Shown: positions 45,832 through 55,346 of the stretch, in pieces
Layout of the letters: each line of letters starts with the position of its first letter
Position numbering within the stretch: the first letter of the stretch is position 1
DNA from: Candidatus Thorarchaeota archaeon
GTDB taxonomy: Archaea > Asgardarchaeota > Thorarchaeia > Thorarchaeales > Thorarchaeaceae
NCBI GenBank assembly: GCA_016933575.1
Contig: JAFGAR010000064.1
Location: forward strand, 96,001-160,000
Direction of reading: 5' to 3'
DNA length: 64,000 nt
Notes under the pieces: generated by a model
Databases searched by the model: none
The model's input: only the letters and a program-made list of their open reading frames with translations
Told to the model about the DNA's origin: nothing
Made by a program: the position numbers and the translations under genes

Positions 45832-47427
45832 TTAGGGAAGAGGAGGTCTCACTATGAGATCTTTCTCCCACTCAACATCAAAACCATACTCGATAGTGAG
45901 CTCCTGATTAGCCTCTAGCTTAGTTTCCCAGGTGATGACGCCAAGCTCCATCTTCTTGTAGGGAAGTGATGGTTGACCCATTTCAACAGTGATTTTCTCT
46001 GAACTGCTGTAGGGAATTCTGTCTACAATTCTGATTTCAATCTCTTTCTTTGAGAAGTTTTTGAGTTCGAGGGCATATTTGTATCCCCGTTTCTGCTTTC
46101 CACGCGTCAATCCTGCCTTCTCTGTATCTTTCTCGATGAGTTTCTTTTCTGCCTTGACATCATAGGATGCTCTTGTTCCCAGTCTAAACTTCTCACGTGG
46201 AGCAATCGATTCAACGCTTGTTTCACCAATGAAATCGCCACTTGCGTACACCTTTACACCACCTGGAGGTATAACGAGATCACCATTGGTAATCTCATCT
46301 TGAGCAACGACCTCAGGCATAGCATAAGCATTCCAGTAATGCAGTCTCTTTGATTCAAATTCGTCGAGAACAAGAGTAATCGGATGCGGATCAGAGCTGC
46401 TCTCAATAGTTACATTGCCAGGGACATTATATGCTGTGATACCTCCAAATCCTTCAGATGCCTCAGCATATTCTTCAACCATTGGCTTAGCTTTAGGTTC
46501 CATCAGCATATCCTCTTCAATTGATACTTCATCTCTTATTGCTCTAACTTCAATTTTGTCGAAACTCGTTCCTCCTGGTGGCCCTGATGGCATACCATAC
46601 CCTGTCATAGGTTGTGGGTGGTATATATCCAAGTAGAAAGGCTGAGGTTTGACAGCTTCAACTGGCCTTGCAGATGCTGTAGATACGACAAGATTAACAT
46701 CTTCCCAGTGTTCGCGCGAGTTGTTGTAGACTGAGGCAATGCGCTTCAAAGTAGTCTTTCCTTCACCAATGTCTACATCGTAGGTTGGATACCAACTCGC
46801 TAAGGAGAGTTGGTATGTCACTTCAAGTTCCAGAGTAGTACTCTCATTTGCTTCCAGGTCAATATATACCTCAGTCAAGGTCTCAGTTCTTCTCTCTCCA
46901 AGAATGCGTTGGATATTCTCTCTGAGTGTACTGATCTCTGCATCGATTCTCTCAAGTTCACGGGAAAGAGTCCTTAGGTTTTTCTTTGCATTCTTCAGGA
47001 GGTCCTGACTTGCCTTATCCATTTTTGTCAGGTTATCCATAGAGGATTCACCTGCACTATACCACTTTCCAAATTCTGTACTAAATTGGGTACCTATCGC
47101 ATTCAGGTGTGTTATTCTATTCTGTTCTGAGTTAATCTGATCCTGAATTCCTCTTCGTTCTTTTTCTAGAGTTTTTATTTTCTCTAGGAGGTCTTTTGCA
47201 TCACCCTTTGGTTCATAAGTCATTGTTGTTCGTTTCACGTCAATGCTACGTAATATCGCCTTTCCATGACCTTTAACACGAAAGCTATCCTGATGAGCAT
47301 ATTCTGTGATGCCTGTGACTCGAAGTTTCTGTTCACCTTTTGGTATCTCAGTCTTACCTATTCGTGTTACCCTCGCACCATCTCGGAATACAGTCACTCT
47401 CGCAATTTTGGTTTCTATATCTCTCAT
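45832..47427 (-). CDS. DUF4140/DUF4139 (MuiA-like) protein, copy 2
   Basis: VTVFRDGARVTR, coiled coil, WYPTYD, W..V.L.VSTA; AGGAGG SD favours ATG 47427 (ORF open from 47478). Confidence 0.85.
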   Translation of the reverse strand: MRDIETKIARVTVFRDGARVTRIGKTEIPKGEQKLRVTGITEYAHQDSFRVKGHGKAILRSIDVKRTTMTYEPKGDAKDLLEKIKTLEKERRGIQDQINSEQNRITHLNAIGTQFSTEFGKWYSAGESSMDNLTKMDKASQDLLKNAKKNLRTLSRELERIDAEISTLRENIQRILGERRTETLTEVYIDLEANESTTLELEVTYQLSLASWYPTYDVDIGEGKTTLKRIASVYNNSREHWEDVNLVVSTASARPVEAVKPQPFYLDIYHPQPMTGYGMPSGPPGGTSFDKIEVRAIRDEVSIEEDMLMEPKAKPMVEEYAEASEGFGGITAYNVPGNVTIESSSDPHPITLVLDEFESKRLHYWNAYAMPEVVAQDEITNGDLVIPPGGVKVYASGDFIGETSVESIAPREKFRLGTRASYDVKAEKKLIEKDTEKAGLTRGKQKRGYKYALELKNFSKKEIEIRIVDRIPYSSSEKITVEMGQPSLPYKKMELGVITWETKLEANQELTIEYGFDVEWEKDLIVRPPLP

Positions 47428-47438
47428 TCTCATACCTC

Positions 47439-49007
47439 CTATGGCAATCGTGGATGGATCGTTACTTCTTTCTCCCAAGCAACTTCGTACTCATATTCAA
47501 TGGCTGTCTTTTCGTTTGGCTGGATAATTCTATGCCACTCGACAATGCCTAGGTTCTCTTTCTCTATTCCTACCTTTTCCCAATATGATTTCACTTCTAT
47601 TGCAGTGCTAACGCTGTGAGGTATCCGGTCAAACACATCAATCTCAACTGGATACTTTGAGAAGTTCTCTATTTCCAACCGGTATTTGTACGATCTTCTT
47701 AGTTTTCCTCGCATTACACCTGCTTTTTCCACTTCGCGGTGGACAAGTTTCTTCTCTGCCTTCACATCATACGCACTTCGTGTACCTATCTTGAAAGCTT
47801 CTCTTGGTGAGATTTGCTCTATTGAGGTCTCTCCGATATACTCTCCTTCAGCATATACTTTCATTTTGCCCGGTAGAATGACGTTATCCTTATTGGTCAC
47901 TTTATCTTGAGCAACGACTTCAGCCATTCCATCTGCATACCAATAGTGAATGGTTGTTGAATCAAGTTCTTCTTCAACGAGTGTAACAGGATGCTTTTCA
48001 TTATCCGATGGGATGGTCATTGGTTTTTGAATCTCATACACGACAATACCTGATACAGTTTCAGTTGCCTCTGCGAACTCTTCCTCAATCTCCGGTGGCG
48101 GAGCTGGTGGTGCACTAGAAAGCATAGCTTTTGCAGCTGGTCTAGGTGCTTCTTTCTTCATCTTGCGATCGTCACTGCGCGTGCGCTCCATTTCTGGACT
48201 ATACACTCCTACATAGTATGGAGTCCCCTCAACAGCAACAACTGGACGCGCAGTAGCTGTAGACACGGTGAGACTGACTTTCTCCCAGTCTTCTTCTGTG
48301 CCATTATAGAGTTGAGCCATCCTGCGTAATTTTGTCTTTTTGAGAAGAAGGTCCACATCATATGTCGGATGCCATCTTGCATTATTGACTTGGTATGTTA
48401 CTTCTATTTCAATATCTGATTCTTCTGAGACTTCTAGTGATATCTCGACATTGACACTTGTTTCGGTCCGTCTTTCAGAATTGATTCTCCCAATATTTTT
48501 CCGAAGAACCTCGATTTTCTTTCTAATTTCCTCAAGTTCGTCTTCAAGATCCCGTTTGTTCGTTTGAGTATCAAATGTCATCTTTGAGGATTTCTTATCC
48601 ATCTCGGATAACTGACTAATGTCACCCTCATTCGCAGCATATACAAGCCCAAAGTAGTTTGAGAACTCTTGCATCATCATCTCAAGATTCCCTAGGCGTG
48701 TATTCTGAAATTCGATGTCATCAACAAGTTCTTGCTCTTTCTTCTGAAGCTCTTTTAGTTCATTATGTAAGGGTTTCATATCTTCAGTAGGTTCGAAGAC
48801 CTCTGAGATATACCTGACATCGATACTGGACAGTTTTGCAGGTCCTTTTCCCTTGACCCGAAAGCTATTGGTATCAGCATGGTCTGTGATTCCCTCAACA
48901 ACTAATTTTCTTGCACCCTTTCCGAGATGCAATTTGCCTATCCGCGTGACTCTTGCACCATCTCGGAAAATTGTAACTTTGGAAATATTTGTTTGAAGTT
49001 GTGTCAC
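47439..49007 (-). CDS. DUF4140/DUF4139 (MuiA-like) protein, copy 1
   Basis: VTIFRDGARVTR, coiled coil, WHPTYD, GTEEDW..VSLTVSTA; GGGAG SD favours GTG 49007 (ORF open from 49058). Confidence 0.85.
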   Translation of the reverse strand: MTQLQTNISKVTIFRDGARVTRIGKLHLGKGARKLVVEGITDHADTNSFRVKGKGPAKLSSIDVRYISEVFEPTEDMKPLHNELKELQKKEQELVDDIEFQNTRLGNLEMMMQEFSNYFGLVYAANEGDISQLSEMDKKSSKMTFDTQTNKRDLEDELEEIRKKIEVLRKNIGRINSERRTETSVNVEISLEVSEESDIEIEVTYQVNNARWHPTYDVDLLLKKTKLRRMAQLYNGTEEDWEKVSLTVSTATARPVVAVEGTPYYVGVYSPEMERTRSDDRKMKKEAPRPAAKAMLSSAPPAPPPEIEEEFAEATETVSGIVVYEIQKPMTIPSDNEKHPVTLVEEELDSTTIHYWYADGMAEVVAQDKVTNKDNVILPGKMKVYAEGEYIGETSIEQISPREAFKIGTRSAYDVKAEKKLVHREVEKAGVMRGKLRRSYKYRLEIENFSKYPVEIDVFDRIPHSVSTAIEVKSYWEKVGIEKENLGIVEWHRIIQPNEKTAIEYEYEVAWEKEVTIHPRLP

Positions 49008-49085
49008 ACCTATCTCCCGCTCGCACGTATACACAAGTGCATTTATCTCTTGAGTCAATCAACATCAGGGAATATTGCGTGTTTT

Positions 49086-50345
49086 CTACATCTGAATGGG
49101 GAGAGTAATCTCAAAACAACATCCTTTTTTCGTTGATTGAATTAGATGAATTGTGCCCTTTTCTGATTCAATGATTCTCTTTGCTAGATAGAGACCTTGG
49201 CCTCTTCCTTTGGGTCCAGTAGAAACACCCTTGCCAAATATACATGACCGAATTTCCTCAGGAATGCCGAGCCCATCATCCGTAAATAAAATTCTGAGTT
49301 TATCGCCTCTTGTTGATAACTCGATTGACACGGTCGGTGTATCTCCAGCATGCTGAGCTGTATTTCTTAGAAGGTTTTCAAAAACTAGGTTAATCAATTT
49401 ACCATATTTTGGAGGATTATCGAGAATAGACGGATCTACATTGATATTCACCTTCATTGTCTTGAACACAATCTGGGCACGTTCAGAAATGTCATATAGA
49501 ATTGTAACGATATTGGCCTCAGGCAGGTCCTCTTCGATACTGAATATCTGAATTAGACTCTTCATTCGCTCAGCTGCTGCCAGTGAAGATTCGATGAATG
49601 AAATACATTTCTCTCTCTCTTCCAATGTTAGTTGTGCCAATTCTAAACTGCCTAGGATCATCTGGACATCATTACCAAGATCATGTTGCAATAGGTCCGT
49701 ATAGATCTCCAACTCACGCTGTCTTGTTTCGATAGAACGTTTTGTCACTTGTAATCTATGTCGGTAATATTCATTGATCCAACCTGTTAACCATAGAAGT
49801 GTCTGAATTGCAAAAGAGGCTGCTATCAGTTCAATACTGTCTGCGATAGAAATCTCAGGATGTAGCCATGTCAAAATAGTGAGTCCACCACTCATCACAA
49901 AGACCAGAAAACCCACCTTTTCTTTGCTAAATAGTTGACTAGCAATCAATACTGCTATTACTGGCCATGTAAGCAATTGAAAAGCTAGACTTGGCCCCTC
50001 CCAATTCGTATGGAAACTAATAGTTAAGAATGGCAAAATCGCTGCGAGGAGTACTGTGAGTGTCGATGTGAGTTTTACGTGATTAGTTTTACTCAATAGA
50101 TACAATCCAGCAAGAATGAATGTAGAACCAGAGTAGAAAGGGAGCTCGTGTATGACCTCACTTGTGATCTGTAGAATTGGGAAAATGATTAGTGCTGAAA
50201 ATAGACAGAATGATAGAAATCGAGCCTTTCTCCTATTTCCCTCATCAATAATGTTAGGATGTGGTTGAGTGATTCTCATGGGTATGCTGAATATGAGGCT
50301 AAGTATTCTCTTAGTTCTTGATTCGAACCCTTTGGACACTACCAC
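49086..50345 (-). CDS. Membrane sensor histidine kinase
   Basis: About 6 TM; H-box HDLGND, N-box ENLLRN, DDGLGIP, GRGQGL. Confidence 0.88.
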   Translation of the reverse strand: MVVSKGFESRTKRILSLIFSIPMRITQPHPNIIDEGNRRKARFLSFCLFSALIIFPILQITSEVIHELPFYSGSTFILAGLYLLSKTNHVKLTSTLTVLLAAILPFLTISFHTNWEGPSLAFQLLTWPVIAVLIASQLFSKEKVGFLVFVMSGGLTILTWLHPEISIADSIELIAASFAIQTLLWLTGWINEYYRHRLQVTKRSIETRQRELEIYTDLLQHDLGNDVQMILGSLELAQLTLEEREKCISFIESSLAAAERMKSLIQIFSIEEDLPEANIVTILYDISERAQIVFKTMKVNINVDPSILDNPPKYGKLINLVFENLLRNTAQHAGDTPTVSIELSTRGDKLRILFTDDGLGIPEEIRSCIFGKGVSTGPKGRGQGLYLAKRIIESEKGTIHLIQSTKKGCCFEITLPIQM

Positions 50346-50551
50346 TCACACACACTCCAAGCCCTGAAGCCCTTTCCAAATTACTTTGATTATTGATACA
50401 TTACTAAGATTAGAAGCTTGCGATGGCTTGTACTATGTTAATTATGTAGTATGGGCTTAAAAACTATGATTTTATATCATCATCGATTAGTTTATAATAT
50501 AGTATCATCACTAATTATGTTGTAATACCTTAGTAATAGGAGCTTAATATA

Positions 50552-50857
50552 ATGAGCAATGAACGAATTCCCATGGTGTCATCTAGCGGTTCATCATGGG
50601 AGAAACTGGGAGGATCATTCAATAGCTCATCTTCATTGACCTTTATGGAAATTCGATTCAGGTCTCTAGGAAAAGCGCTTGATGAACTTAGAAATAAGAG
50701 GGTGCGTCTAGACGAAGATCTTCGAAAGGGACATTTGGATCAATCCGAATATGCCTCACAACTTCTGAACATCATCGTCGAAACGAACACACTAAACAAA
50801 GAACGTCGGGATGTTGGTGAGAAAGTCAAAGCTATAAAGACTAACACATTGAGATGA
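50552..50857 (+). CDS. Hypothetical coiled-coil protein
   Basis: GGAG SD, AT-rich promoter; Ser-rich N-terminus, helical C-terminus with GHLDQSEY. Confidence 0.7.
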   Translation: MSNERIPMVSSSGSSWEKLGGSFNSSSSLTFMEIRFRSLGKALDELRNKRVRLDEDLRKGHLDQSEYASQLLNIIVETNTLNKERRDVGEKVKAIKTNTLR

Positions 50858-50862
50858 ATCCT

Positions 50863-51840
50863 CTAGTACAGATGGCAAGCAACTGATCGACCGTCTCCTA
50901 CATCCTTCAGAACGGGTTCTTCAATAGAACATCTATCAAATGCCTTTGGACATCTTGGATGGAATCTGCAACCATTCGGTGGATTGATGGGACTGGGTAT
51001 CTCTCCTCTGGGTACCGCCTCTGTCTTCTTTATAGCAGGATTCGGTATTGGTATTGCGCTCATAAGTCCAACTGAATACGGATGCAATGGGTCTTCATAG
51101 ATACTATCTCTATCCGCAACCTCAATTATCTGCCCTAAATACATGATGGCAATCCTATCACATACATGACGAGCTGTGGCAAGGTCGTGGCTAATAAACA
51201 AATAAGTGAGATTCAGTTCTTTCTTCAAATCTGTCATAAGATTGAGAATCTGTGCTTTTATTGATACATCTACCATTGCAACTGGTTCATCCGTTACAAC
51301 AAATTCTGGCTTGAGAATAATGGCTCTCCCAAACACAACTCTCTGTTTCTGCCCACCACTGAGCTGATGAGGCAATCGATCATAAAATGAGCTTGCTGGC
51401 GAAAGACCTACTATTTCTAATGTTTCTTCAGACTGCTCCCGTCTCTCTTCTTTAGTACCGATTCCTTGAAGTCGTAGAGCATCAGCAATTGCATCTCCAA
51501 TCTTCATCCTAGGGTTTAATGAAGAGGTTGGATCTTGGAATGTGAATTGAAGCCGTCTTCTGAGTAATCGAAGTTCTTTCCCTCCAAGTGATGCAATATC
51601 TTCTCCATCGTAGATTATTTCTCCTTCAGTAGGTTTTAGGAGTCTGACTGCCATTCTTCCAGTTGTTGTTTTTCCAGACCCACTCTCACCTGCAAGTCCT
51701 AATACTTCTCCTTTCTCGATAGTGAAAGAGATATCATCTACTGCCTTAACATAACTTTCCTCTCTTGAGAAAAGTGAATCGATGAATCCTTTCTGGACTG
51801 GAAAATACTTCTTTACCTTTCTAAATTCTATTAGAGCCAT
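50863..51840 (-). CDS. dppF: Peptide ABC transporter ATP-binding protein DppF
   Basis: [35 protein letters not shown]. Confidence 0.92.
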   Translation of the reverse strand: MALIEFRKVKKYFPVQKGFIDSLFSREESYVKAVDDISFTIEKGEVLGLAGESGSGKTTTGRMAVRLLKPTEGEIIYDGEDIASLGGKELRLLRRRLQFTFQDPTSSLNPRMKIGDAIADALRLQGIGTKEERREQSEETLEIVGLSPASSFYDRLPHQLSGGQKQRVVFGRAIILKPEFVVTDEPVAMVDVSIKAQILNLMTDLKKELNLTYLFISHDLATARHVCDRIAIMYLGQIIEVADRDSIYEDPLHPYSVGLMSAIPIPNPAIKKTEAVPRGEIPSPINPPNGCRFHPRCPKAFDRCSIEEPVLKDVGDGRSVACHLY

Positions 51841-51843
51841 TTT

Positions 51844-52866
51844 TCATTCTCCTGGGTAGAGATGACATGCTACGAGTCGTCCGTCTTGCACTTTTACAAG
51901 TGGAGGTACATCTGTCCTGCATATCTCCATTGCATGGGGGCATCTTGGATTATACATGCAGCCTGGAATGGGATTGACTAGATCGGGAGGAGCTCCTGGG
52001 ATCCATTGAAGCTGTTTTTCTGGTTGCGTCACATCCGGGACTGATTGCAGGAGTGCTTGAGCGTATGGATGCAACGGCTCTTCGAATAAATCAATAGCTG
52101 ATGACAATTCCATCACTCTACTTGTATACATAATAGCGATATTATCAGCTGTTTGAGCGAGTACACCTAAATTATGAGTAATCAGAATCATCGTGAGGTT
52201 GTATTCTTCCTTAAGTGCAGCTATTTCCTCCAGTATTTGCGCTTCTACAATTACATCAAGAGATGTTGTTGGTTCATCAGCAATCAATAATTTGGGTTTT
52301 AGAGCCAATCCTAGTCCTATCATGACTCGTTGTCTCATACCTCCACTAAACTGATGTGGATAATCCGATACTCTTTCAGGGCTGATTCCGAGGCTTTGAA
52401 GAATGCCTTTTGCAGTCATGATTGCTTCTTCTTCTTCAATTAAAGGATCATGAGCCTTCATAATCTCAATGAAGTGTGTGCCAATTGTTATCATTGGATT
52501 TAGTGATGTCATCGGGTCTTGAAAGATATATGCTATCTCTTTTCCCCTGAGAGCCCTCATCTGTGGTTCATCGAGTTCCATTATGTTAACTAGACCTGAA
52601 TCAACTCTTGTATGCTTAGTGATAATATCTTCTTTCACATGAAAGAGGATGTCACCATTGATAATCTCCCCCGGATATGGAACAAGTCTCATAATTGCTC
52701 TTCCAAGTGTGCTCTTACCACAACCACTTTCACCAGCAAGTCCAAGAGTCTTGTTCTCGGGAAGATTAAGGAATACAGAATCGACACCTCTTGCAACTCC
52801 TCTTCTTGTTCTATATTCCACTGATAGGTCTCGAATCTCAAGAAGGTTTGATCCATTCTCCATCAT
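51844..52866 (-). CDS. dppD: Peptide ABC transporter ATP-binding protein DppD
   Basis: GESGCGKS, FSGGMRQR, IADEP, ITHN, HPY. Confidence 0.92.
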   Translation of the reverse strand: MMENGSNLLEIRDLSVEYRTRRGVARGVDSVFLNLPENKTLGLAGESGCGKSTLGRAIMRLVPYPGEIINGDILFHVKEDIITKHTRVDSGLVNIMELDEPQMRALRGKEIAYIFQDPMTSLNPMITIGTHFIEIMKAHDPLIEEEEAIMTAKGILQSLGISPERVSDYPHQFSGGMRQRVMIGLGLALKPKLLIADEPTTSLDVIVEAQILEEIAALKEEYNLTMILITHNLGVLAQTADNIAIMYTSRVMELSSAIDLFEEPLHPYAQALLQSVPDVTQPEKQLQWIPGAPPDLVNPIPGCMYNPRCPHAMEICRTDVPPLVKVQDGRLVACHLYPGE

Positions 52867-52872
52867 CGTTTT

Positions 52873-54150
52873 TCACTCCTTGAGTTTTGGTGTTAGCACT
52901 TCATTTAGACCCTCTCCTGCTAATGTAAAACCAAGAGCCAAAATGACTATCATCAGACCTGGAAACGTGATACTCCACCACTTCCCAGCTATGTACTCGT
53001 GAGAACCAAAGGTTAGATCCCAACCCCAATCTGGAACATCAACTGGTAAGCCAAGGCCAACAAATGTCAGTCCTGCTGCTGTTAGAACAGCATCTGCAAA
53101 ATTGATGGACAAGACTACAACAGCAGATGGTAGAATATTCGGAAGGATGTAGCGGAAGATGATATCCCTATCTCTTGCCCCTAAGGCAACTGCTGCCTCG
53201 ACATAGGCTAACTCCTTTACAGTGAGAACTTGACTTCTAACTACTCTGAAGTATGATGGAATGTATACGACAGCAATAGCTAGAGCCATATTTGTCACTC
53301 CTGGACCAAGCATTGCAGCAATAGCGATAGCCAGAACCAAACCTGGAAATGCAAAGATACTATCCATTACGAGAGATGCTCCTCTGTCGACAAGCCCTCC
53401 TCTATACGAAGCCGCTAAGCCTGCAGGTACACCAATTGAAAAACATACGACCACTGAGAGCATTGCGACTTGGAGCATTATTCCTCCACCTGCGATTACT
53501 CTACTTAATAGGTCCTGACCAAGAGCTGTTGTGCCTAATGGAAATCCTTCTTGAGGCGGTGCACCATAAGGTCCTACATCAAGTCTTGTAGGATCGTATG
53601 GTACAATCCACCATGAGATTGCAGTCATGTAAACTACAGCAAATACAATTAGTAATCCTGACATTGCAATAAATCCTGGAGATCCTCTCTCGCTAAGTAT
53701 TGGATAACCTTCGTACAGGAGAAGTACAATTAATGAGAGCACGATACCTCCTAATGATAAGGCAGAGGAAAGGCTTGTAGCTTGTTCAAAATTACTGAAT
53801 GTTAAGATACCTACAGCAAAAGAAATTGCTGCCATTATCACAAAGATGATGATGAGGAAAGCATTGCTACGATTGACCGTCATCGTTCCTTCTTTGAGTT
53901 TCAATCTACGAAATGAACTTGCAAGAAGGATAATGAATCCAAAAAGAAAAGTGTAGGCAACTACCTGGAGCCCTATACCAGAATTCGAACTTGCTGCAAG
54001 AAGAACAAGCCCTCCCAGAACTATTGCTAATGTTGCGAGAATGATAATGAAAATAATCCACCATTTTGTTGAACGGGCTTCGAAAGTCTCTCTAGGTGGT
54101 TTAAGCTGAATGAATACGCCACTGATTATTTTTCTTTGAGTCATATTCAT
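52873..54150 (-). CDS. dppC: Peptide ABC transporter permease DppC with extra N-terminal TM domain
   Basis: PLGTT..GQD, YVEAAVALGA, YILPN, GLTFVGLG, DWG; ~150-aa hydrophobic extension. Confidence 0.9.
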   Translation of the reverse strand: MNMTQRKIISGVFIQLKPPRETFEARSTKWWIIFIIILATLAIVLGGLVLLAASSNSGIGLQVVAYTFLFGFIILLASSFRRLKLKEGTMTVNRSNAFLIIIFVIMAAISFAVGILTFSNFEQATSLSSALSLGGIVLSLIVLLLYEGYPILSERGSPGFIAMSGLLIVFAVVYMTAISWWIVPYDPTRLDVGPYGAPPQEGFPLGTTALGQDLLSRVIAGGGIMLQVAMLSVVVCFSIGVPAGLAASYRGGLVDRGASLVMDSIFAFPGLVLAIAIAAMLGPGVTNMALAIAVVYIPSYFRVVRSQVLTVKELAYVEAAVALGARDRDIIFRYILPNILPSAVVVLSINFADAVLTAAGLTFVGLGLPVDVPDWGWDLTFGSHEYIAGKWWSITFPGLMIVILALGFTLAGEGLNEVLTPKLKE

Positions 54151-54155
54151 TCACC

Positions 54156-55175
54156 TCATAGTCTAATTCTTGGATCTAGCCATGCATACAGAATATCAAC
54201 AAAAAGTGTTACAAGACTGACTAATATTCCAAAGAAGACGACAACTCCTTGAATAGCAGTATAATCCCTATGGTCAATTCTTTGAACAAGGTAGGTACCA
54301 AGACCTGGCCAACTGAATGTGGTTTCTGTTAGAATTGCGCCTGCTAATAAAGCGGCAAATTGGAGACCAATCATCGTTAAAACGGGGAGGAATGCATTCT
54401 TCAGAGCATAACCATATGTGATTTTGCCGCTTGATAGTCCTCTTGCTTCTCCAGCCACGACGAAGTCCATTCTGAGAGTTTCAAGCATGTTTGTGCGTGT
54501 TAATCTAATGAAGATACCACAGAGAATCAGACCTAGGGTTATTGAAGGCAGTATGAGATAGCGTATTGCGATGAAAAATGCTCCAATATTTCCGGTCAGA
54601 AGACTGTCAATAGTATATAGTCCAGTTATTGTGGCTGGTGGATCATAGTGTGGGTCATAACGTGTTCCAGTTGGAAACAAACCCAACCAGATTGAAAATA
54701 TGAATTGTAAAATCATCCCTAAGAAGAATACTGGAATTGCATAAGTCACAATTCCAAAGAACCTAATTCCGTGATCTTGAACTGTATCATATTTCTTTGA
54801 CGCTCTCACTCCGAGTGCGACTCCAAATAGTACTGCAAATAGCATTGCGTATATAGTTAGTTCAAGTGTTGCTGGAAATCTTACAGCTATGTGTCCACTT
54901 ATTGGTGAGTAATCTTGCATGGACAGTCCAAAATCTCCAAATGGAATTCCTGCAAGATAAGTAACATATTGGGTTAGAGGATCCACATCAAGGCCTAAGG
55001 TATGTCTGAATTCTTCAAGAACTTCTGGATCAACAGCTTTCTCAAAATGAAGGAGTGCTGGATCTCCTGGTAGAATTCGTACAATCAGGAAAACAAATGT
55101 GAAGAGTAGAATAATCATTGGAATGGTCAGAAGAATCCGACTTGTCACATACGATTTTAGTGTCAGCCCAATCAC
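54156..55175 (-). CDS. dppB: Peptide ABC transporter permease DppB
   Basis: LPGDPA, FPATLEL, DFVVAGEARGL, ETTFSWPGLG, DPRIR. Confidence 0.93.
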   Translation of the reverse strand: MIGLTLKSYVTSRILLTIPMIILLFTFVFLIVRILPGDPALLHFEKAVDPEVLEEFRHTLGLDVDPLTQYVTYLAGIPFGDFGLSMQDYSPISGHIAVRFPATLELTIYAMLFAVLFGVALGVRASKKYDTVQDHGIRFFGIVTYAIPVFFLGMILQFIFSIWLGLFPTGTRYDPHYDPPATITGLYTIDSLLTGNIGAFFIAIRYLILPSITLGLILCGIFIRLTRTNMLETLRMDFVVAGEARGLSSGKITYGYALKNAFLPVLTMIGLQFAALLAGAILTETTFSWPGLGTYLVQRIDHRDYTAIQGVVVFFGILVSLVTLFVDILYAWLDPRIRL

Positions 55176-55285
55176 CTACACGACTTAAGATGGTTGCAGG
55201 ATTCCGAGAATTATACAGTAACTTAAGCTCTTCGACTGACGTAAATTGCTCAGAAATGAACTATACAGGATAATATTATACTTCT

Positions 55286-55316
55286 AAAAAAAAGGAGCGC
55301 AGGCAATTCTGCCTGC
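55286..55316 (-). terminator. Intra-operon hairpin + U-tract after dppA
   Basis: GCAGGCA-attc-TGCCTGC with an A8 run on the + strand. Confidence 0.6.
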
Positions 55317-55346
55317 TTTATTCGTTTTATTCCAATACTCTGGTCA

